64,000 nt of DNA. Origin: a virus. Taxonomy: Duplodnaviria > Caudoviricetes. The notes under the pieces were generated by a model. It saw only the letters and a program-made list of their open reading frames with translations, was not told the origin of the DNA and ran no database searches. Below are positions 28,416 through 38,744 of the stretch, piece by piece (position 1 is the first letter of the stretch; each line of letters starts with the position of its first letter). Made by a program: the position numbers and the translations under genes. Where the stretch lies: the IMG/VR virus record IMGVR_UViG_3300042973_000021, positions 64,001-128,000 of that record. One strand, 5' to 3'.

Positions 28416-30745
28416 TAAACCCATTGTGGTCCATAAAGCGGGATACGTTCTTTTCTCACTAGTCCCGTCCAGCCTCCGATACTTGCCATAATTGCAGATA
28501 TCTCATTGCCATCCACTCGTCGAAGATTGGCTCGATCCTTCCCAAAGCACTCACACCAGATTTCCATATTAGAAACCGATTTTCGTTTCCAAACACCTAC
28601 CCTTTGACTTTCACCAAACTCAGTCCCGTTGATATAGGCTCGGCGTTCATATAAATCCATGGTGTCCCAGTCTTCTGGTAAGAGCATATCTAGGTATTCA
28701 CGTACCAAACCTTCACGCTCATCTGATTCCATAGCTTCCCGCTGTTCTTCTTTTGCAAGTTTCTCAAGATTGGTATCAAGGTACAATTTTTCTCCAGCTT
28801 TCACAAAGGTAAGAGCCTCAGCCCATATCTGCAGAATTTCATCATGCTTTAGTTGCCAAGACTTTTTTGTACCATTTCCTGGAGTTTTTACCGGCCAGAA
28901 ACGACGGTTTCCTGTGGTGTCCCGCAAATAGCCTTTCTCAGCATTGGTGGTTCCGAAAAAGATACATTGTCTTAAGTGCGGAGTAGCTCTCCTGCCAAAG
29001 CTGGCACGATAAATGTCATTTTGGCGAGACAAGAAACTTCGAAGTGTTTCAACTTCAGCTTTTTTAAGTCCGGCTAGTTCTCCAATTTCTAAAATCCAGT
29101 AACCCTGAAGCTTTTCCGCCGCAGTCTTGTCCTTGGTATCCGACAAGTTCAAGCTATCTGAAAACCAGTCTCCACCTAACTTAGCAATGAGAGTGCTTTT
29201 TCCAACTCCCTGTGGGCCATTTAAAACCAACATGGAATCAAACTTGATGCCTGGAGTCAGTACACGAGAGATAGCCGCACATAGAGTTTTTCTTGTGACA
29301 GCCCGAACATATGGGTTATCTGATGCACCTAAATAATCGATGAGCAATGTATCTACTCGTGGTACCTTATCCCATTCAGGGAGTGCTTCAATAAACTCCC
29401 GAATCGGATGATAAGACCGGTCATCAGCTACTTTTGCTACTGCCACATCATAGTTTCTTGCAGAGAAGGTTCCGTAGCGGGTGTCGATGTAACTAATCAA
29501 CTGGGCATCGTCTGCATCTCTCCAGAACTTTGATGGATGCGGCCAAGGAACATCACCCTTTATTTCGAGACTATCGGATAGCTGATTAAATACAATGCTT
29601 TTCAGGTTTGGATCATTTTCGAGTATTAAAATCAAGTTTCTAAGGGTATTTTTAACTGATCCTGTCTTGTCAAGCTCCAGCTGCTTTTCCCAATCTTCAT
29701 CAATAAACTCCTTTTCAGCCTGAGCCTTTCTTTCTTCAGCAAACTGCTCTTTTACCCGTTCATCCTCCAAAGCCAGATCTGTCATGGCTTTAAACGAAGG
29801 CAGTTTACTTGGCGATGTATTTTCTGCAGCCTTTTCATCTAAGCCGCGAAACTTATGCACTCGTACCAAATCAAAAGCGTTTAGCAGCATTCCGCAAGCC
29901 GGATCGGTGGCATGATGGCTATAAGCAAATTTACCGTCATAGATTACCAAGCCCGCTGAAGAATCTGCTGGAATATAATCAAACCTGCCATTCATAGCAC
30001 TTGGTTCATATACATCCGCCAAAAATGTATTGATAGCTTCTTCAATGGTATAAGCTCTGCAAAATGCCCCGACAACGCCCTCTTTACTTAAAGGATCTGC
30101 TTGCTTTTTGATTTTCCTTTGTACAACCTCTGATTGTCTTGTGGATACAGGCCACATGGATGTATCCCGCCAATCTGCATATTTGGAAAGATAAACATCA
30201 GGATCTAAAAGCTCTCCATCCTTTTCTTTAAAGACAAATTCTCCATCAGACGGTGTAGATGGCCAATACATTAATCTTGAAGGTTCATAAGTGGTATCAT
30301 CGAATAAATTAATCCCAATCTCCTTTGCAACCATCCGGCCAAGGGCTGGGTATTCATCTTCTGTCACTTCTCTTCTTAGTGGTATGATTAGTCTCAGTCT
30401 TGGAGCTTCCGGTGTATGTTTATGTGTGGAATAGATGCAGCATTGAAAATCATGAAGTGATTCAATCTGCTCCCAAATCCCTGGTTTGGCATAATCCATA
30501 TCCAATGTAAGAAGGGAGCGGGAGAGGACATAACCATTTCTGCGCTTTCCTTCACGGAGAGCTCCTCCCACAAATCCACCCACATCTTTTATTGAGTCCT
30601 GCTGAGCGCGACTCATTTTGCGAAATTCAGACACTGTTTCTGTTGTTCGTATGGTAGACCCCACTCGGGCGATGAAGTCTTCCCATGTGATGTCTTTGTT
30701 CTTCCACTTTTTATCCATCCGGCTGTTACCAACCGCTATCTTCAT
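28400..30745 (-). CDS. Primase-helicase (VapE/virulence-associated E family)
   Basis: N-terminal primpol motifs (LTLDMD, STHKH..PRLR); Walker A GPQGVGKST, DTTGNRRFWP. Confidence 0.92.
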   Translation of the reverse strand: MKIAVGNSRMDKKWKNKDITWEDFIARVGSTIRTTETVSEFRKMSRAQQDSIKDVGGFVGGALREGKRRNGYVLSRSLLTLDMDYAKPGIWEQIESLHDFQCCIYSTHKHTPEAPRLRLIIPLRREVTEDEYPALGRMVAKEIGINLFDDTTYEPSRLMYWPSTPSDGEFVFKEKDGELLDPDVYLSKYADWRDTSMWPVSTRQSEVVQRKIKKQADPLSKEGVVGAFCRAYTIEEAINTFLADVYEPSAMNGRFDYIPADSSAGLVIYDGKFAYSHHATDPACGMLLNAFDLVRVHKFRGLDEKAAENTSPSKLPSFKAMTDLALEDERVKEQFAEERKAQAEKEFIDEDWEKQLELDKTGSVKNTLRNLILILENDPNLKSIVFNQLSDSLEIKGDVPWPHPSKFWRDADDAQLISYIDTRYGTFSARNYDVAVAKVADDRSYHPIREFIEALPEWDKVPRVDTLLIDYLGASDNPYVRAVTRKTLCAAISRVLTPGIKFDSMLVLNGPQGVGKSTLIAKLGGDWFSDSLNLSDTKDKTAAEKLQGYWILEIGELAGLKKAEVETLRSFLSRQNDIYRASFGRRATPHLRQCIFFGTTNAEKGYLRDTTGNRRFWPVKTPGNGTKKSWQLKHDEILQIWAEALTFVKAGEKLYLDTNLEKLAKEEQREAMESDEREGLVREYLDMLLPEDWDTMDLYERRAYINGTEFGESQRVGVWKRKSVSNMEIWCECFGKDRANLRRVDGNEISAIMASIGGWTGLVRKERIPLYGPQWVYVPKA

Positions 30746-31161
30746 ATCTTCTGCACCTCCTCGCAGTTTTCGGTAAAATACCGAATAGGAATACGATGCT
30801 TCGACGCTTTATCTATTTCTGCTTGCATTCCTTTTGAGATGTAGCGACCAAATACCCACAATTCCTCGCACTTTCTAAGCCAAACCATTCCAAAGAATAG
30901 TCCTAGTTTTCTTTGTTCAGGATCGCTATCATCTAGCACTTGTGGGTATAGCAGATGAGGAGCAAAAGGAATAGTTCCTTGCTCCACTGCAAACTTCAGG
31001 TATTTTCTAGCTTCATTTAGATTTTTCTCTATGTCTCCAGCAAAAGGAGAACAAATAAAAACGCAAGGTTTATAGCTTTTTGCTTTTTCTTCACGCATGA
31101 TATTTTCCATGGCTTCTGCTGCAGCCTCTTCTGGATAGCCTTCAGCGTTATATCTATCCAT
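30742..31161 (-). CDS. Nucleoside deoxyribosyltransferase-like/DUF4406-like protein
   Basis: VFICSPFAGD, PFAPHL, CEELWVFG..S.GM..EI motifs. Confidence 0.7.
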   Translation of the reverse strand: MDRYNAEGYPEEAAAEAMENIMREEKAKSYKPCVFICSPFAGDIEKNLNEARKYLKFAVEQGTIPFAPHLLYPQVLDDSDPEQRKLGLFFGMVWLRKCEELWVFGRYISKGMQAEIDKASKHRIPIRYFTENCEEVQKI

Positions 31162-31164
31162 AAG

Positions 31165-31956
31165 TTACATCTCCTCGAATTCGGACTCTTGTTCAATCAA
31201 TGGTAAAATGCCATGATCCTTAAGAAGCTCATAAATGAACAAGCGTCCTTTCTGAGTCCAGTAGGTATGAACCTTTGAATGCATCGTTCCATCATTTCCA
31301 GGGTACGTATGGGTTTTTGTCGTCGTATATCCATGTTGGGCATATTTTTGATATAAGAGCCAGATTTTCCCTTGACGGAACTGAACGCCAAGATCATGTA
31401 GATACTCATTGAACCAACGACCAGACTTTCCATAATCCTTGGCGATGGTTGTGATAGACACCGCATCCTTGCAGTTAAGCACCACATCGTAATAACTGGC
31501 TTTGGGTTTCATTTCTGCAATCTGCTGTTCTTGAATGCTAATGGTAGTTGTTAGCTCGGCATTTTTGGCTCTTTCGGCTTTAAGCTCCTGCAGTGCTTGA
31601 ATCAAAAAGTCCGGATTAGCAAGCAACTCATCTGTAGCATAAAGTCCATGCCTTCTGATGGAAGGAAGAACTTCATGAGTTACCCAGCGCTTGAACTTTT
31701 TAGCCCCTGGCTTTCGAGAAACCAATATCACGCTATAAAGGCCACTTTCATTGATAATAGATACTTCCTGTTTTCCTCCAGGGGTGTCGATAATATCGAC
31801 TCCCTTTTCATCACTGTCCAATCGAGATGTAACATCACGACTGTTTCCAATTTCTAGCACAGAACAGACATCCTTGAGTACCCACCAAGGATTGCCTTCC
31901 CTTAAAATTGTTCTGACATTGTTGCCCTCGTAGTTAAAAATCGTTAATTTGTTCAT
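31165..31956 (-). CDS. Phage antirepressor (BRO-N + ANT/KilAC)
   Basis: DVC.VL, INESGLY, FKRWVTHEVLPSIR, WTQKGR.FI; ATG 31956 with GGAGG RBS. Confidence 0.9.
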   Translation of the reverse strand: MNKLTIFNYEGNNVRTILREGNPWWVLKDVCSVLEIGNSRDVTSRLDSDEKGVDIIDTPGGKQEVSIINESGLYSVILVSRKPGAKKFKRWVTHEVLPSIRRHGLYATDELLANPDFLIQALQELKAERAKNAELTTTISIQEQQIAEMKPKASYYDVVLNCKDAVSITTIAKDYGKSGRWFNEYLHDLGVQFRQGKIWLLYQKYAQHGYTTTKTHTYPGNDGTMHSKVHTYWTQKGRLFIYELLKDHGILPLIEQESEFEEM

Positions 31957-32005
31957 ATCGAACCTCCAGCATATAGTTGTAGAGCGATAAAACTTGCCCT
32001 CAGCT

Positions 32006-32037
32006 ATAAGCAAAAAAAGAGGGGGCTTCGAACCCCC
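32006..32037 (-). promoter_or_regulatory. Putative phage-sigma promoter motif GGGGGTTCGAA...CTCTTTTT.GCTTAT
   Basis: Second copy at 36225-36256; both just upstream of gene starts. Confidence 0.55.
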
Positions 32038-32042
32038 TCAAA

Positions 32043-33977
32043 TTAATCTTTTTTATAAAAATCACATTCAAATCCATCCGCACGAAGTAGAAGCCCAAGT
32101 GCCCAAGAAGGTACCTGAACCATAAGGACACAGACGTCTTGTACGCATATTTCTAAAGGAACCTCTAAAACTACCTCATCATGGACATGCATGACAATAT
32201 TTAGTCCTGCTTCATCCAAATTTCGCATGGAATGGCAAAGAAGATCTCTTGAAATGGCCTGCACGATGTTCTCAACAAACTTCGGACCATAGCTTTCAAT
32301 ACGCTCCCACTTCTTTGTGGCACCAACGCCTTCATACGTCACTGCTTCACTGCCGAATCTGTTAATCCCAATCCTTGGTTTGACATAGGTAAGCTGTCTC
32401 CCGGATGGTAGCCATATCAACAGCATTCCACTGCGATATTCAAATCGGATACGATGAGTTTCTGTTCCGCATCTTTCTTTTACAGCTTTTTTAACTGCTC
32501 TATCGACATCCCACCAAAGTCTAACAATGTTTGGATTCGCATTTCTCCACGCATTTACCAATGGTTTTAACTCTTCTTCGGTAAGACCCATATCAAGTGC
32601 TCCCATCGCTTTTAACGCACCAACTGATCCACCATAACCCAAGGCCAACTCCGCAATTTTTCCTTTTTGTCTGAGTGGACTACCTTTTGTGACTTCTTCC
32701 AAGGGGACCCTAAACATCTGGGAAGCGGATGCTTCGTAAATCTTGCCATGGGTAGCGAATACCTCATTTCTCCATGTCTCGCCTGCGAGCCAGGCAATCA
32801 CTCTAGCTTCAATTGCACTAAAATCAGCAACAATAAACTTATATCCTTTCTTTGGAACAAAGGCAGTACGGATTAACTCGGACAAAACCCCTGGAACAGA
32901 ATCGTACAATAATTCCAATGTCTCAAAATGACCACCTCTAATTAGCCTTCTCGCCTGCTCCAGATCCGGCAAATGGTTCTGCGGAAGATTTTGAACTTGT
33001 ATAAGCCTTCCTGCAAATCTGCCGGTTCGATTGGCACCATAAAACTGCAATAGGCCACGTGCTCTTCCATCAGCACATACTGCATTTTCCATAGCGGTGT
33101 ATTTCTTTACACTGGACTTTGCTAGTTGTTGCCTCAGTTCCAGCACTTCACTCAGGTGATCTGGAGCTTCCTTTAATAGTGCCTTAACTGACGCCTTATC
33201 AAGACTATCCGTTTCCATACCTCTTTCCAATAGCCAGGTTTTCATCTGGGTCACTGAGTTTGGATTTTCAAGTTTAGTAACCTCTTTTAGTCGGCTTGTG
33301 AACTCTTCTCGGGTTTGTTCATCACACTGGATAGCCTTCCTTACCAATTCTAAATCCAATTGAATACCTCGATCATTAATCTGCTGGTCTAGAATATAGT
33401 TCTGCCACTCCTCTTCTGGCATAGGGAACTTCTGAAGCTTTGCCTGTATGGAAAGTTCAGTTTCAACATCTCGAAGGTTATATGCTTTGAAACTCTCCCA
33501 CTTTTCTAAAGCATGCTCCGGTAGATTGCGAGTTCGGCCTCCATTAGACTGAGTAGCTTTGCATGGAACAGAGAAATATCGGATGAGCTCCTTACCCTCA
33601 GTCAGCTTTTTCTTATCTGCTCCTGTTACGATTGCTGCCCCTTCCAGAGTTAGAGGAAGGCCTAGGTAGGCTGACCACACCATCGTACAACGCCATGAAG
33701 CAGGCTCAAGCCAGACACCAAAATGGCGAGACAAGCAGATTCGCTCAAATTGAGCATTAAATGCCCACTTTATAATCTGGCTATCTAGAACAGCATTCTG
33801 GATTTCTTGCGGGATCTTTTCGCCACATGCCAAATCAACTACCTGCACAGGACCACCATCTACACTGTAGCCAAAAAGTAGGATTTCAAAATCCGGTGCT
33901 TCAGCGTAACGATAGACCCCGCTTTTGGCGAGGTCTACGCTACTATATGTTTCTATATCAAGATGCAAGGTTCTCAT
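32043..33977 (-). CDS. Phage family-A DNA polymerase (intein-free)
   Basis: DIETYS exonuclease motif, RTGR, ADFSAIEAR, K.AELALGYG, MHVHDE. Confidence 0.95.
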   Translation of the reverse strand: MRTLHLDIETYSSVDLAKSGVYRYAEAPDFEILLFGYSVDGGPVQVVDLACGEKIPQEIQNAVLDSQIIKWAFNAQFERICLSRHFGVWLEPASWRCTMVWSAYLGLPLTLEGAAIVTGADKKKLTEGKELIRYFSVPCKATQSNGGRTRNLPEHALEKWESFKAYNLRDVETELSIQAKLQKFPMPEEEWQNYILDQQINDRGIQLDLELVRKAIQCDEQTREEFTSRLKEVTKLENPNSVTQMKTWLLERGMETDSLDKASVKALLKEAPDHLSEVLELRQQLAKSSVKKYTAMENAVCADGRARGLLQFYGANRTGRFAGRLIQVQNLPQNHLPDLEQARRLIRGGHFETLELLYDSVPGVLSELIRTAFVPKKGYKFIVADFSAIEARVIAWLAGETWRNEVFATHGKIYEASASQMFRVPLEEVTKGSPLRQKGKIAELALGYGGSVGALKAMGALDMGLTEEELKPLVNAWRNANPNIVRLWWDVDRAVKKAVKERCGTETHRIRFEYRSGMLLIWLPSGRQLTYVKPRIGINRFGSEAVTYEGVGATKKWERIESYGPKFVENIVQAISRDLLCHSMRNLDEAGLNIVMHVHDEVVLEVPLEICVQDVCVLMVQVPSWALGLLLRADGFECDFYKKD

Positions 33978-34534
33978 GATAAAAAGTCGTCATCCACGTC
34001 AGTGGCAAAGTCATCAGCTGCATTGGTTCTACCGCCTAAAGGCTCACCATCGCGGATTTTTTGAATGTTTCCGAGACCACACGCTATACCCTTATTTCCA
34101 TTGGAGTTAAAGGCGTAGAAGTTGATACTCACTCTTGCATAGACACCGGAGTACACTTCTGAACGATCAAGGATTGGATTGACGTTTCTGTCTACAATTT
34201 GTGGAGCAGTATTGCTGTTTGCATTGACAAAATAGCTGTTGGCATAAGCCTCATCATCCGGACGATCAATGTCGCCATCACGCAGAGGGAGCTTGAGAAC
34301 TGCTTTATTGGGAATCTTGCCACCAAATTTACCTTTGCCTTCCTCAATAGCAGCATTAACTGCTTCGTTGATAGCACTTAAGGTTTTAGTATCACTCTTA
34401 GGAATAATCAGACTTACACTGTATTTTTCAGCACCGCCATTGATGGATTTAGGTTCCCAGACATTGGCATAAGAGAGTCGCACAACTCCTGTGATTACTT
34501 TCGTTGGGTTCATTCTTTTTGCTGTTTTTGACAT
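33974..34534 (-). CDS. DUF2815 ssDNA-binding protein (gp2.5-like)
   Basis: VRLSYANVWEP, LRDGD, YSGVYAR, acidic C-terminal tail DDDFLS. Confidence 0.88.
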   Translation of the reverse strand: MSKTAKRMNPTKVITGVVRLSYANVWEPKSINGGAEKYSVSLIIPKSDTKTLSAINEAVNAAIEEGKGKFGGKIPNKAVLKLPLRDGDIDRPDDEAYANSYFVNANSNTAPQIVDRNVNPILDRSEVYSGVYARVSINFYAFNSNGNKGIACGLGNIQKIRDGEPLGGRTNAADDFATDVDDDFLS

Positions 34535-34538
34535 AGTT

Positions 34539-35666
34539 TTATACCTCCATAAAATCATTTTTTGCTGATGATGTGTTCATTTCAGGACGCTTGTCGGAAA
34601 CTGGTACTAGCGTCGGTTTGCCTGGTGGCTTCATAATTAGTCCACCAAGGACTTCATTAAATTTTGTCTTGCCCATCAATTTCTCCATTTCAGTAATAGT
34701 GATGAGACTTTGCTTGTATATGTCGGGATAACCTGCGTTCTTTGCTGCTTCTGCGACCGCTTCTTCATCTTTGTATTTACGGTTGGAACGGCCTTCGACT
34801 ACTTTAAAGCCAGGCCACTTCTTTCCATGATTAACCGCTGCATCTGTCGCATATGCTATAATCTCATTTGCCCAGCTGGTGAGATCACCGATAGAAGATA
34901 GAATGTCAGCAATTTCTTCATCTGATAAAAGTGGCGGTAGCGCAAACTCAAATGTAGCCAGTTTCATTTTTGCTTCTGCTCTTGATCTACATTTCACTGC
35001 TGCTCGACAAAATTGACACCATTCTCCAGGGCAGTAGTTTCCGTCACCAGCGAAGGCCAGTTCAGCTTTAGGCTTCAAAACTTCTTCAGCCCACTGATAT
35101 AAGCTTTCTTTTGAGACTGTGGACGTGCTGACATTTTCACGACGGGGCTGATAGATTGTCATTGAAACCATCTCGATGTCATAAATACCATCAAAGAGAT
35201 CCAGTGCACCAAGGGCATATAGTTTCATTTGAGGATTGTCCTCTGCGCTGACCAAGACACCCTGACCATACTTAAAATCAATAATGTGAAGAGTTCCGTC
35301 AGCGATAATTACACAATCCCCGGTTCCAAAGCCATCAGGCACATACTTTGAAAAATCAAGCTGCTGTTCTATCAAGATCAAGGGATCACTACAGGCCTGC
35401 TTGGCTTGCGCAATCACTTCAAGCACAAACTCCACGTAACCATCGGTGTAATTGTCCATCTCAACTGAGTCATATGGAGAAACCGGCTTTTTTGATCTCA
35501 TCCTAAGTGCCTTGCGGAGCTTGTGTTCACTTAACGCATGGGCAGCTGTGCCTTCAGCTGCAGCTTCACCGCTGTTGTCGTCAAACTCCAGCTCCAACCT
35601 CGCTGATGGTGTACAGTTCATCCAGCGATGGGCTCCAGATGCAGAGAGAATTGCATGTTTACTCAT
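34539..35666 (-). CDS. DUF2800 Cas4-like PD-(D/E)xK nuclease
   Basis: HA.LS.S..HRW..C, GTAAH, GTGD, DFKYG, WCQFC motifs. Confidence 0.88.
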   Translation of the reverse strand: MSKHAILSASGAHRWMNCTPSARLELEFDDNSGEAAAEGTAAHALSEHKLRKALRMRSKKPVSPYDSVEMDNYTDGYVEFVLEVIAQAKQACSDPLILIEQQLDFSKYVPDGFGTGDCVIIADGTLHIIDFKYGQGVLVSAEDNPQMKLYALGALDLFDGIYDIEMVSMTIYQPRRENVSTSTVSKESLYQWAEEVLKPKAELAFAGDGNYCPGEWCQFCRAAVKCRSRAEAKMKLATFEFALPPLLSDEEIADILSSIGDLTSWANEIIAYATDAAVNHGKKWPGFKVVEGRSNRKYKDEEAVAEAAKNAGYPDIYKQSLITITEMEKLMGKTKFNEVLGGLIMKPPGKPTLVPVSDKRPEMNTSSAKNDFMEV

Positions 35667-35980
35667 TTCAATCCCTCCGCATCGGCAAGAAGTGCAGCAT
35701 ACTTGCTTGGATCAATCTGGCTGAGTTTTGATGCACCATACTTTTCTAGAAGTGCTCTTACTTCAGCTGTAAATCCGTCATGGCTTTTTTCTGCAAGTAC
35801 CGCCCTTACTTCTTCTAAAGTGAGCTGCTTTTCTTCAGATTGTTTTTCAGGCTTTGGTTGCTCTGGCTTTGTAATCTCATGAGGCCCATTACTTGCTATT
35901 GCATCAGCTACAGCCTGAACACTATCTGCCAGAGCTCTAAGATCTGACACCACATCGAGAAGGAGCTTAATCTTACTCAT
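35663..35980 (-). CDS. Conserved phage hypothetical protein
   Basis: TLEEVRAVLAEKS...YGA.KLS motif; RBS; synteny. Confidence 0.75.
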   Translation of the reverse strand: MSKIKLLLDVVSDLRALADSVQAVADAIASNGPHEITKPEQPKPEKQSEEKQLTLEEVRAVLAEKSHDGFTAEVRALLEKYGASKLSQIDPSKYAALLADAEGLK

Positions 35981-36182
35981 GACCCACACCTCCTTCCTTG
36001 ATTTCCTTTATTTCTACCGTCTCAACTGAGTCACCGGGAGTAATTACAAGCAGACTGACTTTCTTTCCAAATAGGAAATCAAGCATTCTCGCTCGGATTG
36101 TCTTCCGACTGCTTTGAATTACTGAGCTTCTTTCGCCACCGGGCCTTGCCACATTGATTGTAACTTTGTGTTTAAGGTTCAT
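35973..36182 (-). CDS. Conserved phage hypothetical protein
   Basis: RBS and synteny; VITPGDSV motif. Confidence 0.65.
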   Translation of the reverse strand: MNLKHKVTINVARPGGERSSVIQSSRKTIRARMLDFLFGKKVSLLVITPGDSVETVEIKEIKEGGVGHE

Positions 36183-36224
36183 ATTCCATCTCCTTTCTGG
36201 GGGCGATTTATCTGCCCCTCACCG

Positions 36225-36256
36225 ATAAGCGAAAAAGAGAGTTCTTTCGAACCCCC
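36225..36256 (-). promoter_or_regulatory. Putative phage-sigma promoter motif (copy at head of replication operon)
   Basis: GGGGGTTCGAA...CTCTTTTTCGCTTAT; matches 32006-32037. Confidence 0.55.
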
Positions 36257-36281
36257 TTTTCAGAAAAGATTTTTTTATAAA

Positions 36282-38245
36282 GGGGCTGTTGCACTAAGCA
36301 TATATTTATGCCTTAGTGCAGGGGCCCTTTTTTCTTGTTTGTAAAAGGCCCGACCGAGGAAATTGTTTTTTCCTTCCGGTCAGGCCTTTTAGGGTATACT
36401 TCTCCCTTCTTAAGGAAACGTTTCTTTTTTACTATGCTGTTTTTAACGGATAGAGATGTTCTCCTAACCTACCGCTTTGGATCCTGCGGTGGAAATGATC
36501 AATATTTTGGGAGATTGCCATTAGAACACTCTCTGCATACACGTTTTCCTTTCCACGTGTCAGAAATCTTCGGAAGCCGCGATCTTCTTTCAGCGTTGCA
36601 AAAGCGCCCTCTGCCTGAATAGTCCGGTTCATCCGCAGCATTGTACCTTCCTCGCTTGTAATATTCCGCAGACTTTTCAGACGCTGTCTTTCAAATTTTC
36701 GGGATACATTCAGTTTTTTGAAGCGCTCTTCCTCTGGTGTTTTCCAGTTCCGCCCTTTGATACAATCGGCTTTCCACGGACATCCTTTACAGTTATGGCA
36801 CTGATAGGTGGTGACCATTTGAACGTAGCCATCTTTTTTCTTTCGGCGGTACATACCAAACGGATAAAGCCTGTATCCGCCCCGGCATGTGTAGAAATCA
36901 CCATCGTAGTTGTAATCCATGTTTTCACGCCGGCTGATGTCCTTCTGGAATTTCCTGCTTTTAGAGATTTCGTAGTTGGAAGGCTTGATCATAGCACGTA
37001 TTCCATGATCCTCAAGATAAGTGTAATTCCGTTCACTCTCATAACCTGAATCCGCGACAACGGTTTCATATTGGAATTTCAAGGCACGTCTCATGGAAGT
37101 CAGAAACGGAACAAGCGTCCTTGTATCTGTTGGATTCGGTGTTATGCTCAGCCATGAGATATAGCCGGAATCCACTCCAAACTGCAGATTGTAGCCAGGC
37201 TTCAACTGACCATTTCTCATGTAATCTTCTTTCATCCGCATAAAGGTAGCATCATGATCGGTCTTGGAATAACTGTTTCTGGAACCGCAGATATGACACT
37301 TCTGGATATACTCTGTCAGCTTTTTGCGGTAAGCTCGTAGTGTTTCAAGGTCCCGCTGAAGCTGTGTTTTCCGATGACCTGCTCCATGAACAAACTGAAT
37401 GCCTTCCTCCCTCTTGATTCTGCACAGTTTTCGTTCAATTTGTTTCAGATGATGACGATGCAGCAGACCATGCCAGATTGGCTTTAAACCATATCGATTC
37501 ACAAGGCTCTCAACCAGCGCTGCTGTCTTATCCATTAGTCTGCGCATATTTTTCGTTGTCGACTTTTTCCAGACAAAGGTATATTTGTTAGCATTTGCTT
37601 CAATTTTCGTTCCATCGATAAAAATTTCCTTTCCACTGATTTCACCGTTCTTCTGAAGGAATCTGGTGAACTGGGCCATCAGATTCCGGGCGCATGGTCC
37701 GAAGTGAAGGGTACGGAAACGGGCAATGGTGGAATAATCCGGAACAGGTTTCCCCTGGAGCAGATACATGAAATTGATATCACGACAGCATGCGGTTTCA
37801 ATTTTTCTGGACGAATAAATTCCTTCATGATAAGCATAGAGAAGGATAGACAGCATCTGTGCCGGAGAGGCCTGATCTTCATGCAGACGAGCGTAAGTAG
37901 CATAGAGCTGCTTTAGATCTAACTGACATATGATCTGACGGAACAGTCTCACGCTGTCATTGTCAGGAATGATTGTACTTAATTCAATGGGTAACTTCAG
38001 TTGATATGGTTGTTCGTTAGATGTATAATTTTCTCGTAAAATATTGTTTTGTTTCATATTTATATTTTACCATTTTTCCCATGTCACAATGGCATGGGAA
38101 AACATGTTTTTTGTAGTATTTTATAACCATAATCATTGAAATTCCAACGAAATATCAAAATGAAAGTTTAACAGTTAAGAGCTAGAATAGCGAAAGCGGG
38201 GGCCATTGCCCCAAGTCAGTTTCCCTAACTTAGTGCAACAGCCCC
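36282..38245 (-). mobile_element. IS1182-family insertion sequence (intergenic)
   Basis: Perfect 17-bp IRs GGGGCTGTTGCACTAAG / CTTAGTGCAACAGCCCC; target duplication unclear (at most AA). Confidence 0.92.
36432..38057 (-). CDS. IS1182-family transposase
   Basis: SSRKIE, PDYSTIARF, IDGTKIEANA, SKTDHDATFMRMK, ADSGY motifs. Confidence 0.93.
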   Translation of the reverse strand: MKQNNILRENYTSNEQPYQLKLPIELSTIIPDNDSVRLFRQIICQLDLKQLYATYARLHEDQASPAQMLSILLYAYHEGIYSSRKIETACCRDINFMYLLQGKPVPDYSTIARFRTLHFGPCARNLMAQFTRFLQKNGEISGKEIFIDGTKIEANANKYTFVWKKSTTKNMRRLMDKTAALVESLVNRYGLKPIWHGLLHRHHLKQIERKLCRIKREEGIQFVHGAGHRKTQLQRDLETLRAYRKKLTEYIQKCHICGSRNSYSKTDHDATFMRMKEDYMRNGQLKPGYNLQFGVDSGYISWLSITPNPTDTRTLVPFLTSMRRALKFQYETVVADSGYESERNYTYLEDHGIRAMIKPSNYEISKSRKFQKDISRRENMDYNYDGDFYTCRGGYRLYPFGMYRRKKKDGYVQMVTTYQCHNCKGCPWKADCIKGRNWKTPEEERFKKLNVSRKFERQRLKSLRNITSEEGTMLRMNRTIQAEGAFATLKEDRGFRRFLTRGKENVYAESVLMAISQNIDHFHRRIQSGRLGEHLYPLKTA

Positions 38246-38247
38246 AA

Positions 38248-38742
38248 TTAGGATAGAATTTTTCTAAGTCTTTCTTGAAGCTTCTTAAGGCGACCACGAA
38301 TAGCCGCTTCTGTAACACCTTCTTCTGTTGCAATATCAGTGTTGGATCGTTTTTCAAGGTATACTTTTTTGAAGAGTTCTTTTTGTTGTGGTAAAAGACA
38401 CTCCATTGCCTTGGTTAACTTGTCCAGCATATCTTGATGTTCAGCCTCATCTTCTGCTTGTATAATTAGCTGTTCTGGATTCGCAGTATCATCTGCAAGA
38501 TACTTATTGCGGTCATTTGCCGCTTCCTCTTCGCCATCATGATAAGCATCCAGATGTGTTGTCACTCGATAATCGTACCGGCGCTGCTCGTCCACTTCGT
38601 CATCATCCATAGTATGTAAAAGCTCGATATCAGCTTCGGTGACTCCATCTTCACCTGGGGTAATCACAATCTTTGTTCCTTCAGCAGTGTAATAAATGTA
38701 GTTAGTTCTCTTCTTTTTACTTGTTTTGTACGCTCTTTTCAT
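38248..38742 (-). CDS. Sigma-70 region 4-like phage regulator
   Basis: C-terminal L...Q......Y......DIA.EEGVTEAAIR.RL HTH. Confidence 0.8.
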   Translation of the reverse strand: MKRAYKTSKKKRTNYIYYTAEGTKIVITPGEDGVTEADIELLHTMDDDEVDEQRRYDYRVTTHLDAYHDGEEEAANDRNKYLADDTANPEQLIIQAEDEAEHQDMLDKLTKAMECLLPQQKELFKKVYLEKRSNTDIATEEGVTEAAIRGRLKKLQERLRKILS

Positions 38743-38744
38743 AA

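Noticed and set aside
32020-32040. tRNA gene (GGTTCGAA T-loop-like hairpin; also ~36250)
   Set aside because: No D arm, anticodon arm or acceptor stem; better explained as a repeated promoter motif
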